Positions 37,711-48,045 are shown, counted from the first letter of the stretch. The stretch is 64,000 bases of DNA from Candidatus Omnitrophota bacterium (GCA_043820815.1 JBDRDJ010000005.1:105517-169516); one strand, 5' to 3'. A program made the numbers and translations. The notes: generated from the letters alone by a model not told the origin.

Positions 37711-39637
37711 TCCACCCCTCAATAATTTCTTTTGCCTTATCCCGGATAGGTTTATTCCAGAAAAACCGGCACCTGGCAAGTGAATTAATAAATGGTTCTG
37801 CCTGGGCTAATTTGATATCCTGAATAATGCGTAAATGAGTAAGGATAATTCTGTTTCGAAAACCTAAAAAGTTATTAATTCCAAGGAGTAATTTGGCCGC
37901 TGTTTCGCTCTCCGGCTTATATCTTGAGATAATTTTTAAGGCCTCTTTCTTTACAAAAGGGTTACTTTTTCTAACAACCGAAAATAAAAAACCTTTATCT
38001 ATGCAGGATAGATTGCCCATCGCTTTTATGACTTCAACCTTAACAAAGGTATTTGAAACTGAATAGATATATTTAAGAATTATAAGGCTGGAATCAAGGT
38101 TTACATCCATTAGGTATGCGAGAACTTCCTCTATAAATGCAACATCATGGATCACCTTCTCAAGCCTGGCGCAAAAATCATTTATTTTTCCGGGAAAAAT
38201 ATTCAGAAACAAAAAAAGTGAATTGTGCGCCATTTTTCTTTCTTCGAAAAATTTCTTAAGGTAGAATTCATAACCAAAGGCGCTTTCAGTAAGTGAGCCA
38301 ACAAATGCGCTTATATCATATGCGATATCTTCGTCAAACACCAAATCTTCCACAAACTCCGATATACGCCTGCTTAATCCGTCAAATACAACTGAAAGGT
38401 GAGGGTTTTCTTCTCTGCGCTTATTAACTAAGGCCAAAATGCTGGCAAGGTATTCAAAATCTTTCGTTTCAATGATTTCATCCCATTCTTTAAGTATTGC
38501 ATCTAAAATAGTATTGACACGTTTTTCCATATTTTCAATAGCAAGAATGTTAAGCAGCACATAACGGTAATTACTCCTTAAAAGATTACGGTCAAAACGT
38601 ATGCCTTCACCAGCAGAGATATCCTCAAGCAGTTTCAAAAGCGTATACCGGTAAGATCCTGAAGAAACGCCTCCTTCAATAGTAAATAACCCCTTTATTT
38701 TTCTCTGGATAGATGAGTTCTTAAACAATGTCTCATCGGTGCTTATCCTCTCTGCTAATGCGGAGGCAATATTTTCCTGCTTCCCTTCGTCAATAAACTG
38801 AGAAAAGAATTTAAGAGTGAGGGGATCCCATTTGTCTTCGGTTACAATCTCACCCCAAAGAACATCCACAAGATCTTCTTCGCTTACCCCCTCAAAAATA
38901 TTTTTTAACCTTCCTATGTTTTCCGAGGTTGGAAGAGATTTATTCTTCAAGATAACTTTAATCAATACTTTCGAACAACGGCGGAATTTAGCGGTATCAA
39001 TATTTTGCAGATAATTGAGAAAATTATGCAGGTTTTTCTGTAATTTACTTTCGCTTAATATGTCACGGATATTAAATTTACTGACTACCTTATCGAAATT
39101 ATTTACAAGCTCATCTAACTCGCCAACGTTATAACTGCTTACGGCTTCTTTGAGAAGATACGCCCAGACATCGGCAACGCTTTCTCCTTTATCTTTTAAT
39201 AATACCGAATAATCAAGCTCTTCTATCAGAATATGCGGATTTAAAGACAGGGATAAAACGCTCAGGATGCCGCCGCGTTTATCGATATCTTGAGGTGTCA
39301 TAGAAACTGCAATAATAAAATTTATCAGCTCTTCAGTAGTAATCCCGGCCCTCAGCTCTATGCTCTTAATTTTTTTTTGATGAAGCATAAGGGCAAACCT
39401 TTTATGAAATGCTTCTTTCTCGAGATATTCACCCTCTATCAATAAGGCTTGCGGAGCAACCGAAAGTTTAAACGGGTTTACAAACGAAAACATATTTTCT
39501 AGGTTAGCTTGCAAAACTTTTAGTGATTGTTTAAGGGTAGGGTGATCTTCGGGATAAAATGCGGCTTGATTTATCGCAATTCTTAGGCAATTAAGCAAAT
39601 CTAAAAGGATATGTTTCTTATCTAGCGTATCTGCCAT
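37703..39637 (-). CDS. Large hypothetical protein (644 aa, helical repeat-like), operonic with the HD-GYP/receiver genes
   Basis: Long ORF with strong coding periodicity; no recognisable motif. Confidence 0.4.
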   Translation of the reverse strand: MADTLDKKHILLDLLNCLRIAINQAAFYPEDHPTLKQSLKVLQANLENMFSFVNPFKLSVAPQALLIEGEYLEKEAFHKRFALMLHQKKIKSIELRAGITTEELINFIIAVSMTPQDIDKRGGILSVLSLSLNPHILIEELDYSVLLKDKGESVADVWAYLLKEAVSSYNVGELDELVNNFDKVVSKFNIRDILSESKLQKNLHNFLNYLQNIDTAKFRRCSKVLIKVILKNKSLPTSENIGRLKNIFEGVSEEDLVDVLWGEIVTEDKWDPLTLKFFSQFIDEGKQENIASALAERISTDETLFKNSSIQRKIKGLFTIEGGVSSGSYRYTLLKLLEDISAGEGIRFDRNLLRSNYRYVLLNILAIENMEKRVNTILDAILKEWDEIIETKDFEYLASILALVNKRREENPHLSVVFDGLSRRISEFVEDLVFDEDIAYDISAFVGSLTESAFGYEFYLKKFFEERKMAHNSLFLFLNIFPGKINDFCARLEKVIHDVAFIEEVLAYLMDVNLDSSLIILKYIYSVSNTFVKVEVIKAMGNLSCIDKGFLFSVVRKSNPFVKKEALKIISRYKPESETAAKLLLGINNFLGFRNRIILTHLRIIQDIKLAQAEPFINSLARCRFFWNKPIRDKAKEIIEGWNA

Positions 39638-39648
39638 AACTCGTATTA

Positions 39649-40809
39649 TTAAAAATAATCTCTTAAAACTATCGCAACACGATCAGCAAACGAGTGTCTT
39701 TTAATTCTTATCTTTTCAAACGTCTTAAAGACAGCATAATTCAGGCATCCAACGGCAAGGGAAGATCCTCTATCGGCAAAAATTTTATAAATAGAATCGG
39801 AAATCAATTCATGTGAAAATTTCTCAAAACCATCTTGAGAATTAAGCCTGCCGGTAAAATGAATTTGGTATTCGCTGCTCTCTGCCATTGAACATACTTT
39901 ATCAAATATTTCTCTAATTCTGCGCTCAACGTAATTACAAACCAGAGAGTTTAAGCTCCGTATGCTTATTTTGATATAGCCATAATCTTGGCGCATAACA
40001 ATTTCCTTATCTAAACTGTTTGCGTTATTAGGTTCATAACTAAAATTAACATAACGCTCAAACAGCTCCTTTGCCAGATCTAATTCCAAGGAGAACTTGC
40101 CTTTAATTATTTCCAGGACATGCTCTAATCCAAAATCGATGCTCATAACATTATTTATTCTGCCGTTTCTAACCATCACAATGTCGCTTTCGTAAAAGCG
40201 AATATTTATAATTGCCAGATTATCCAGGTTATTTTTAAGTACGGAAGAAAACGCCGCAAGAGTATGTACAACAATACCATCGAGTTTCAAGTGATACTCA
40301 TCTAATATATTGCAAATATCATGATAGTCTTTTTGCTTTATCCAAACCAAATATAACCGTAATTTTATTCTGTCAGCCAAAACGCCTGCCGGCGGGCTGT
40401 AGTATACTGTTTTATTTACTGTAAAATTACTTATGCAGCTATGAATACATAAATCATCCCAGCCTAAAACCTTTTCTTCTATTTCTCCCTTAGCATAAAA
40501 TATGTCCTTGCTTGAAATTTCTCTCCTCTTCGGAAGACATACGGTTTCTTCAACAAAGCCACTGGACAGGTGAGATGGCGACAGGCAAAGAAAGGTTTTT
40601 TCGAACTTTAAACGATGTTTGTTTTCTTTTTCTTTAATACAGCCTGCTATTCTAAATCCGTTATTCTTAAATAGCTCAATTACCCCCTTAGGACTGCTTA
40701 AGCTGTAATGCTCTTTGTCCAATAAGCTGATTTTAGGCCCTCTCAATGAAGCAAAGCATAAAGAAACAACATCTGAGTCAATCGCTATAGAGCAAACACC
40801 TTTCATCAT
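39649..40809 (-). CDS. Hypothetical protein at the ftsA position of the dcw cluster (possibly a very divergent actin-like ATPase)
   Basis: 386 aa, immediately downstream of ftsQ; only weak actin-like hints (SIAIDSD, MSIDFG); no canonical FtsA phosphate motifs. Confidence 0.3.
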   Translation of the reverse strand: MMKGVCSIAIDSDVVSLCFASLRGPKISLLDKEHYSLSSPKGVIELFKNNGFRIAGCIKEKENKHRLKFEKTFLCLSPSHLSSGFVEETVCLPKRREISSKDIFYAKGEIEEKVLGWDDLCIHSCISNFTVNKTVYYSPPAGVLADRIKLRLYLVWIKQKDYHDICNILDEYHLKLDGIVVHTLAAFSSVLKNNLDNLAIINIRFYESDIVMVRNGRINNVMSIDFGLEHVLEIIKGKFSLELDLAKELFERYVNFSYEPNNANSLDKEIVMRQDYGYIKISIRSLNSLVCNYVERRIREIFDKVCSMAESSEYQIHFTGRLNSQDGFEKFSHELISDSIYKIFADRGSSLAVGCLNYAVFKTFEKIRIKRHSFADRVAIVLRDYF

Positions 40810-40816
40810 TAATTTC

Positions 40817-41608
40817 CTAACGCTTATATCCTATAAAAACCCGCTTAAACCTAAGGTCTATACGGTCGATTAAAGTAAGGTCATTATTTAACTTCTTTTC
40901 TAAAACCTGTATCAAACGATTTATTTTCGTTTCAGAGTCATGCTTGCCTACAAAAACTTTTGTGCTTCCGATAAAAAAATGCAGGTCATTGATTGTAGCT
41001 GCATTAACAAAATTTATGCCGTAAGATTCTAGTAAATTATATTTCATTAACGAATCAATCAGCTTAAATGAATATTCCAATCTATCATCATTAAGCCTAT
41101 TTCCTGTTTTCAAATCTCCCCTGATATCTCCTATGCTAACTACAACCAAAGAGTCAAGCTTCTCTATGCTGCCGGAATCGAGAACTACGCCTTCCCTGTC
41201 TATGGGGAAAAAGATCTTCCCTTCTAACTGGGCGAAGGGTTTTCTTTTTGTAACTTGCACCCTCAAGGTTGACGGCAGTTCCTTGTAGATAATAACATCT
41301 TTATATTCAGGGTAATCTTTCAATATCGAGGAATAGAATTTCTTTATATCAAGGTTCAATATGGGTTTGCCTTTTACTATTTTGTGAATATTTTTGTTAA
41401 GGGGCTCATTGGAATTTATTGCCTTTACGGTAAACAAATCAGATTCATGAAAATACTTGACGCAAAACACGCCGGCAAACGCCGCAAGCAATAGCATCCC
41501 TGCAATACTCAACACGCGCTTTGGAGGCGGTGTTTTCTTTGAGTTTTTATTAAATTTACCGCGGAGGTAGTTATTGCGCTTTAATTTCTTGATTTTTCTT
41601 CGATTCAT
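40817..41608 (-). CDS. ftsQ: Cell division protein FtsQ/DivIB (POTRA + beta domain)
   Basis: N-terminal TM, 263 aa, directly downstream of ddl as in canonical dcw clusters. Confidence 0.55.
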   Translation of the reverse strand: MNRRKIKKLKRNNYLRGKFNKNSKKTPPPKRVLSIAGMLLLAAFAGVFCVKYFHESDLFTVKAINSNEPLNKNIHKIVKGKPILNLDIKKFYSSILKDYPEYKDVIIYKELPSTLRVQVTKRKPFAQLEGKIFFPIDREGVVLDSGSIEKLDSLVVVSIGDIRGDLKTGNRLNDDRLEYSFKLIDSLMKYNLLESYGINFVNAATINDLHFFIGSTKVFVGKHDSETKINRLIQVLEKKLNNDLTLIDRIDLRFKRVFIGYKR

Positions 41609-42563
41609 CGTTAGCTATCTGTAAAATACTAAGAATTAATTCATCAAAATTAATACCCGATGCTTTTGCCGAAAAAGGCAAAAGGCTGTGTGAAGTAAAA
41701 CCCGGAATGGAATTTGCCTCTAAAACATAAGCAATGCCGTCATCGCTAAGCCTGAAGTCTACCCGGGAGAAATGGCGGCACCCTAAAGCTAAGTGTGTTC
41801 GCAAAGCAAGGCCTTGAATCATATGATATTTATCAGAATCAATATTTGCCGGAGCTATAAATTTAGTATTTGGGTCGTTATATTTTGCAAAATAATCATA
41901 GCACCCGCTTTCCGGTATTATTTCCACGACAGAAAGAGGCTTTGAACCAAGTATGCCAACGGTTAATTCTCTGCCAGAAATAAATTCTTCTACGATAACT
42001 GCTTCTGTACGAGGTAAGCCATGTAAACCTTTCTTGCTTATATTCATGGCTTTATAAGCAATATCTATAGCCGGCAGCAACTGCAAGCTGTCACGGACAA
42101 TGGTTACCCCTAAACTTGAACCGGAATAATTAGGTTTTACGACAACAGGCTTGGAAAACTCTATATTTGCTTCTAAGCTGCTGGCTAAGAAAAACTCAGG
42201 GGTTGGTATAGATTCTCTAAGAAATATTTCCTTAGACGATATTTTGTCCATTGCCAGCAAGCTGGGCTTAGGCCTTGAACCTGTGTAAAGAACTTCCAAT
42301 CTTTCAAGAATAGCCTGAATCCTGCCATCCTCACCGAAATAACCGTGAAGGGCAATAAAGGCAATATCTATGCCTTCAGAAAAAATCATCTGCTTAATTG
42401 CATTTTCATCTTCGGTATTAATATCAATAAAAACCGAATCAATTCCGCTGCCTTTTAATGAGGCAAGGATATTATTTGCAGACATTAGGGAAACTTCCCT
42501 CTCGGAAGATACACCCCCTCCTAGGACACCGACCCTCATGTTTTTTAATGAATTTTTAATCAT
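41571..42563 (-). CDS. ddl: D-alanine--D-alanine ligase
   Basis: ATP-grasp ligase: N-terminal GGVSSEREVSLMS, ...LHGYFGEDG..., C-terminal ...EANSIPGFTSHS.... Confidence 0.85.
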   Translation of the reverse strand: MIKNSLKNMRVGVLGGGVSSEREVSLMSANNILASLKGSGIDSVFIDINTEDENAIKQMIFSEGIDIAFIALHGYFGEDGRIQAILERLEVLYTGSRPKPSLLAMDKISSKEIFLRESIPTPEFFLASSLEANIEFSKPVVVKPNYSGSSLGVTIVRDSLQLLPAIDIAYKAMNISKKGLHGLPRTEAVIVEEFISGRELTVGILGSKPLSVVEIIPESGCYDYFAKYNDPNTKFIAPANIDSDKYHMIQGLALRTHLALGCRHFSRVDFRLSDDGIAYVLEANSIPGFTSHSLLPFSAKASGINFDELILSILQIANDESKKNQEIKAQ

Positions 42564-42607
42564 ATACTTTTTAAGCGGGCAGGGTAAACCCTGCCCCTGC
42601 TTCTGGA

Positions 42608-43462
42608 TTACGTCCAGCGCACAATTTCTTCTTCCAGAACGACTCCGTGTTTTGCGTAAACTTTATCTTTAATCTTCGCGATAAGGTAATCCACATCACC
42701 GTAGCCAGCCTTACCTTTGTTGATTATAAAGTTAGCGTGTTTACCGGACACCTGAGCATCATTGCAAGATAAGCCCTTAAGCCCGCAGGATTCGATTAAA
42801 AAACCTGCAGGAATATCATTATGGTTTTTAAAAATACATCCGCAGCTGGGAAAATCAAAATCCTGGCTCATTATTCGTAATTGTATAAATTTAAGTATAT
42901 TATTTTTAATATCGGTGTTTTTTCTTAAACGAAACCATGCCCTGAGGATAAAGAAATCAGAAAGAGATGAATTTCTGTAACTGAATTCAATATCTTTCCT
43001 ATCTATGACATCGATTTTACCTTCCTTATCGATTACCTGAACCCTTACAAGGACGGAAAATAAAGAACTGCCGTATGAAGAAGCCCCCGTAGCCAAAAGC
43101 CCGCCAATCGTTGCGGGTATGCCGGATAAGTTTTCAACGCCGGAAAGTAAATTTTTACTGCAGAAACCCAAAAGAGAATTAAAAGGAATGGCGGCGCCGG
43201 CCTCAACCAAATCACCATATTGCCTTACATAATTAAATTCACCGCAAAGTTTTACAACCGGTTTTTCAATGACTCCGTCCTTTATTAGAAGATTGGACCC
43301 CGCGCCAAGAATATAAAAAGGCCGGTTGAGCTCTCTTATGATTGAAAATAAATCTTCGGTGTTTCTAACATGGAAAAAATATTCGGCATAACCGCCTATT
43401 TTTATTGTAGAGTATTCTCTCAAGCTAATACCACGGCTTACTTTAGATAATATTGCTTTCAT
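42608..43462 (-). CDS. murB: UDP-N-acetylenolpyruvoylglucosamine reductase
   Basis: FAD-binding ILGAGSNLL, ...GLKGLS..., MurB C-terminal domain. Confidence 0.8.
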   Translation of the reverse strand: MKAILSKVSRGISLREYSTIKIGGYAEYFFHVRNTEDLFSIIRELNRPFYILGAGSNLLIKDGVIEKPVVKLCGEFNYVRQYGDLVEAGAAIPFNSLLGFCSKNLLSGVENLSGIPATIGGLLATGASSYGSSLFSVLVRVQVIDKEGKIDVIDRKDIEFSYRNSSLSDFFILRAWFRLRKNTDIKNNILKFIQLRIMSQDFDFPSCGCIFKNHNDIPAGFLIESCGLKGLSCNDAQVSGKHANFIINKGKAGYGDVDYLIAKIKDKVYAKHGVVLEEEIVRWT

Positions 43463-43518
43463 TTTCTTTTAAAGATATTTATTTTTAATTCATTGTAGAA
43501 ACGCAATTAATCACGCCT

Positions 43519-44910
43519 CTACGCTCTGCTACAATTCTGACCTCGAGATTTCTGCATAAACGCATGCCTAACCTCTGCCATTATGTTGTTGATATCACCT
43601 GCCCCTAAGGCTAAAACTAAATCCCCTTCCTCAATAAGCTCCGGTAAATATTGCGCCAATTCGCTCCCGGGAATATAAATAGCTTTGGGAAAATAATTAC
43701 GTGTATCCTCCCAGAGCAGCTTTCCATTGATTCCGGAAATTTCGGCTTCACCTGCACTATAAATATCGGTGATTACCAACTCATCGGCAAGTTTAAAACA
43801 ATTAATGAACTCACCCCAGAGTATCTTCACGCGGGAGAAACGATGGGGTTGAAAAATCGCAAAAATCCTCTTTGGTTTTAAATAGGCAGCGGCTTCTAAA
43901 ACCGCCCTTATCTCTGAAGGGTGATGCGCATAATCATCAATGAATTTAACCCCGCCTATATTTGCTTTAACTTCAAAACGCCTCGCAGTCCCCTTGAATT
44001 TACTTAAAGCAGCTTTTACCCTGGCCACATCATATCCTAAGTAGTTAAAAAAAGCCAGAGCAGAAAGAGCATTTAAACAGTTATGCTTACCCAGCATAGG
44101 AAGTTTAAATAATCCTTTTTTTGTATTGTTGATTAAAAGCTCAAAACACATATAGCCTTTATCGTAAATAATATTATCTGCGCGGATATAATTATGAGGC
44201 TTAACCCCGTAGCTTATGCCGCCGAATTCCTCTAATATATGCATTACATAAGGATCATCACCGCATCCTATTATTTTTGATTTTGTTCTTAGCGCAAACT
44301 CCTTAAAACTATCCCTTAGGTGTTCGATGCTTCGGTAATAGTCCAAATGCTCAAAATCAATATTGGTAATTATTGAAACCCAGGGAGAACAAAACAGAAA
44401 ACTTCCGTCGCTCTCATCAGTTTCTACGACAAAATAATCACTTCCCCACCAGGCATTACGACGGCAATCGACAGGCAATCCTCCGACAAATACAGCAGGC
44501 GCATAACCTAATGAAATTAATATATGGCTTACGAGAGATGAAATTGTAGTTTTGCCGTGGCTTCCGCTAACCGCAATTGTCCTTTTACCATGGCAAAGCT
44601 CTGCTAAAAGCTGCCCTCTTTTTATAACAGGGATTTCCCGCTTTCTTGCCTCTAATATCTCAGGGTTATTATCTTTAACTGCGGAAGAGCAGCACAAAAG
44701 ATCTATGCGTGAATCAATATGATCGCTTTTGTGGCCTATATGAATCTCTATTCCGGCCTCCGTAAGAGCCGTTATGCGCGAATTCATGCATTGATCCGAG
44801 CCTTTAACGCAATAGCCTCTTTCGTTGAGCAAAAAAGCTAAACCGCTCATGCCCACACCGCCGATACCTACCAGGTATATATTCTTTACTTTGTGTAAAA
44901 TTCCTTCCAT
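43519..44910 (-). CDS. murC: UDP-N-acetylmuramate--L-alanine ligase
   Basis: N-terminal Rossmann YLVGIGGVGMSGLA; P-loop AVSGSHGKTT; Mur ligase C-domain. Confidence 0.9.
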   Translation of the reverse strand: MEGILHKVKNIYLVGIGGVGMSGLAFLLNERGYCVKGSDQCMNSRITALTEAGIEIHIGHKSDHIDSRIDLLCCSSAVKDNNPEILEARKREIPVIKRGQLLAELCHGKRTIAVSGSHGKTTISSLVSHILISLGYAPAVFVGGLPVDCRRNAWWGSDYFVVETDESDGSFLFCSPWVSIITNIDFEHLDYYRSIEHLRDSFKEFALRTKSKIIGCGDDPYVMHILEEFGGISYGVKPHNYIRADNIIYDKGYMCFELLINNTKKGLFKLPMLGKHNCLNALSALAFFNYLGYDVARVKAALSKFKGTARRFEVKANIGGVKFIDDYAHHPSEIRAVLEAAAYLKPKRIFAIFQPHRFSRVKILWGEFINCFKLADELVITDIYSAGEAEISGINGKLLWEDTRNYFPKAIYIPGSELAQYLPELIEEGDLVLALGAGDINNIMAEVRHAFMQKSRGQNCSRA

Positions 44911-45758
44911 TGCTTTTCAAAATTAACTCTGTTACGAAAAGAATGATGAAAACCTTTGGCAAGGGCTTCATCTACTCCGTGATCCCTCCTTAAAAAAAAG
45001 AGAAAACGGGAGAAATTGTCATTGCCGTATTTTTCAACCAAGAAGTTGATAATAGAAAATGACTGAATATAAAATAAGTTAACATAATCCGAAGAAACAT
45101 TTCTAAGGTCTGTTCCCGTTATAACCTCAAGGTCAGAAAAAATAATATAACGGTCTTCGGTGATAACTCTTTTAAGCCACGGAATTCTTTTCTTATGGCG
45201 GCCGTCTGAATATTTATCTTCAATGTAAGATGCAATAGCTTCATCCAGCCATAAAGGCACCCTTCCAGAATTAACATATTCCCGGAAAATAATATGCGTC
45301 ATCTCGTGCGCAAAAAGCGACTTAAAATTATTTTGATGAGGGTATGTGTAGATGATTTTGGAATCATACTCGACACAAGCGCCAGACCAAGAGGGACAGC
45401 TGAAACGATTGAGATAATCTTCGCTATCCTTAGCGATAAATACCCGCGCCCTGTTTTCCCACAGCCAAAGCTTATCTCTTATAAGCCTGAATTCCTCGGT
45501 AATTTTCCGATAAAGGTCTTCAGACAGGCTCTTAATTTCATTTACATAACCAGTGTCAACATCGCTATGATATTTAATTATGAAATGTTCTGAACGTAAT
45601 TCTTTAAAATCATTATGATCAGCAAAGCAAATTCCGGCTGACAAAAAAAACACAAAAATTAATATAGTAAAAAATTGAAATTTCTTCTTCAAATTATTCA
45701 TGCAGATAAAACTATTAAGACCCCGACAGCGGTATAATGCCAGAACCAGCGAAATCAC
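44886..45758 (-). CDS. Secreted HExxH zinc-metallopeptidase-like protein inserted in the dcw cluster
   Basis: Signal peptide (probable start MNNLKKK), motif AHEMTHIIF with downstream Glu-containing segments; sits between murG and murC. Confidence 0.45.
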   Translation of the reverse strand: MISLVLALYRCRGLNSFICMNNLKKKFQFFTILIFVFFLSAGICFADHNDFKELRSEHFIIKYHSDVDTGYVNEIKSLSEDLYRKITEEFRLIRDKLWLWENRARVFIAKDSEDYLNRFSCPSWSGACVEYDSKIIYTYPHQNNFKSLFAHEMTHIIFREYVNSGRVPLWLDEAIASYIEDKYSDGRHKKRIPWLKRVITEDRYIIFSDLEVITGTDLRNVSSDYVNLFYIQSFSIINFLVEKYGNDNFSRFLFFLRRDHGVDEALAKGFHHSFRNRVNFEKQWKEFYTK

Positions 45759-45780
45759 AAATCGCCGGCCATAAGGGAAT

Positions 45781-46809
45781 TTACCTTGGCCCGAGGTGTT
45801 CCCTGAGCATGAATTCTTGCGGGCTGAAACCCAACTTTATACGGCTAAGATTTCCCGCCAAAACATCTCTTCTTGCTCTATCAAATAAAAGGCCTTCTAT
45901 TGACCTTCCTAACTCTTTAAAAGAAAAATTGCCTTCTTCAAACATTAAAGCTGCGCCCCGCTTAACGAAAAATAAGGCATTTTCTTTCTGGTGGCTTCGG
46001 GCCCCGGAAAAAGGAATTAATACTGCCGGGATTCTAAAGAAAGTTACCTCGGCAAGTGTAGAGGCACCGCTTCGGCAAACGACAACATCAGCGGCGCTAT
46101 ATAAAACTTCGGCCGATAAATAGAAATCACAGACAAAAATAGACCCCTCTATTTTATTATAGAATGATCGAATTGAAAAGTATTCTCTTTGGCCTGTTAT
46201 ATGAATTATCTGAATTTTAGAGGCGGTATTTATGGCAAACTTCTTGCAAATACGGTTTATAAAAGAACATCCCTGGCTGCCGCCAAGAAACAAAATAGTC
46301 GGTAAATCTTTAAGGTTAAGCCTGCGGCGGGCATTAAACTTATCAATTCTGAGTATATTTTGACGCAGCGGCACTCCGACGAATTCACTCTTTTTATCAT
46401 GTTTATCTTCAGGAAAACCGCGTAAAACCTTAGGCACCAATAATGATAATATTTTATTGGCTTTTCCCAATCTTACGTTAGCCTCGTATATCACAACATT
46501 AAGCAGAAATAACCGGCTAAAAAGAACTAAAAATAAACTATCTCTACCTCCAAGGCCGACCACATGGGTGGGCCTGATTTTAAAAATAATAAAAAATGCC
46601 TCGGGAATTCTGTAAATGAGTTCGATAAAAGCATTTCTTTTTGAAAAACACCTGCCAAGCACCTCATACCCTTCCTGCTCGATATATCTTTTAAGCTTCG
46701 GTGCCGTAACAAAGAAATATATTTCGTTATTTTTACCTATGCTTTGGGCCATAGAAAGAGCGGGAAAAATATGGCCTGCACTGCGCTCGCAAACAAATAG
46801 GATTCTCAT
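45781..46809 (-). CDS. murG: UDP-N-acetylglucosamine--N-acetylmuramyl-(pentapeptide) pyrophosphoryl-undecaprenol GlcNAc transferase
   Basis: GT28 fold: N-terminal ..SAGHIFPAL.., C-terminal ..FLGGSQG... and ..CRSGASTLAE... Confidence 0.85.
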   Translation of the reverse strand: MRILFVCERSAGHIFPALSMAQSIGKNNEIYFFVTAPKLKRYIEQEGYEVLGRCFSKRNAFIELIYRIPEAFFIIFKIRPTHVVGLGGRDSLFLVLFSRLFLLNVVIYEANVRLGKANKILSLLVPKVLRGFPEDKHDKKSEFVGVPLRQNILRIDKFNARRRLNLKDLPTILFLGGSQGCSFINRICKKFAINTASKIQIIHITGQREYFSIRSFYNKIEGSIFVCDFYLSAEVLYSAADVVVCRSGASTLAEVTFFRIPAVLIPFSGARSHQKENALFFVKRGAALMFEEGNFSFKELGRSIEGLLFDRARRDVLAGNLSRIKLGFSPQEFMLREHLGPR

Positions 46810-46830
46810 GTATTATTGGAAATATTTATT

Positions 46831-46854
46831 ACGGGCGGCCACAAGGGCCGCCCC
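46831..46854. repeat. GC-rich hairpin repeat, copy 3 (ACGGGCGGCCACAAGGGCCGCCCC), abutting the ftsW stop
   Basis: Same 18-nt leader TATTTATTACGGGCGGCC as copies 2 and 4. Confidence 0.7.
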
Positions 46855-48023
46855 TACTTCTGACTTCTGACCTCTGACATCTGGCGTCTGGGTTCTGGCT
46901 TTTGGCGGGAGGCGTTAAAAAATAATCCTAAAAGCATATAATGCACAATTAGATTACTGCCCCCGTAGCTGACAAAAGGCAATGAAAGCCCTTTTGTGGG
47001 CAGAAGCCCGCAGCTAACACCGATGTTTATGGTTATTTCCAGGAAAAAGATAAGTATTACTCCCCATAAAATACTATTTTCATACGAAAAATGATCTGAT
47101 GAGGCGGAGTTTTTCCTAATCAGCATTATATAATAATTCGTCGCTACATAAAACATTTTATAAAATAATAAAGCGAATATGAAAAGCATAAAAAAAGACC
47201 CTGTTATACCGAACTCTTCTGCGATTATTGAGAAAATAAAATCAGTGTGGGCAGCAGGAAGAAAAAATAACTTCTGTTTACCCTCTCCGAACCCTGTACC
47301 CCATAAGCCGCCCTCACCGTAAGCTATCTGTGATTGTATTGATTGGAATCCCGAACCTTTGGGGTCGGAAAAAGGATCAAGGTAGGCAGCCATCCTGCGT
47401 ATGCGGTAAGGGTATATAACTATGAGGATTAAGCAAAGAAAAGTAGCTAAAGCGATAAAATATCCCAAGTGGCGTTTTCGTGCATTATGAAGGAAAAGAA
47501 ACAGAAAAACAAATAGAATCCAGAATATTATCGTCCCTAAATCAGGCTGCAAAACAAGAAGAAGGCATATCAAACCAAGGACTATACCCAGAGGCACAAG
47601 GCCTTTAATGTTTCTTATAGCTGCCCCCTTGTTTTTAAGGTAACTGGAACAATAAAAAAGAAAAGAAATTTTCAGCAATTCTGAAGGCTGAAATCCAAAA
47701 CTGTAAAAATAAAACCATCTTTTTGCCCCTCCGGTTCTCTTGCCTACAACAAGAACAAGAAAAAGCAGAAAAATAGTAAATGTAAGAATTTTTGCGCTGT
47801 GTTGGCGCAAAGTTTCTAAATTTGTAAAGAGAGCGAGGAAAAAGAAAACCAATGCTAAAGAAAAAGAAATAATCTGGCGCTTGAAGAAATAAGCGGAGTC
47901 GGAAAATGCGTTAAAAGCATGAATGCCAGAGGCTTCATAAATCATAAGGGAACCTAAAAGGGTAAGCCCCAGAACTATTAGAAAAATTGTCCGCCTTTCT
48001 TTTCTAAAATATATTTTCTCCAT
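46854..48023 (-). CDS. ftsW: Peptidoglycan glycosyltransferase FtsW (SEDS family)
   Basis: 389 aa; 10 TM helices with SEDS motifs (..PSELLKI.., ..LPAAHTDFIFS.., ..GGSNL..). Confidence 0.85.
   Translation of the reverse strand: MEKIYFRKERRTIFLIVLGLTLLGSLMIYEASGIHAFNAFSDSAYFFKRQIISFSLALVFFFLALFTNLETLRQHSAKILTFTIFLLFLVLVVGKRTGGAKRWFYFYSFGFQPSELLKISFLFYCSSYLKNKGAAIRNIKGLVPLGIVLGLICLLLVLQPDLGTIIFWILFVFLFLFLHNARKRHLGYFIALATFLCLILIVIYPYRIRRMAAYLDPFSDPKGSGFQSIQSQIAYGEGGLWGTGFGEGKQKLFFLPAAHTDFIFSIIAEEFGITGSFFMLFIFALLFYKMFYVATNYYIMLIRKNSASSDHFSYENSILWGVILIFFLEITINIGVSCGLLPTKGLSLPFVSYGGSNLIVHYMLLGLFFNASRQKPEPRRQMSEVRSQK
46855..46905. repeat. Degenerating heptanucleotide tandem repeat (CTTCTGA x2, then CCTCTGA, CATCTGG, CGTCTGG, GTTCTGG, CTTTTGG) that encodes the extreme C-terminus of FtsW
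   Basis: Seven consecutive 7-mers visible on the plus strand; translated in-frame as ...RQKPEPRRQMSEVRSQK*. Confidence 0.6.
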
Positions 48024-48045
48024 ATTTAATCTCGGTGTTCGTATT

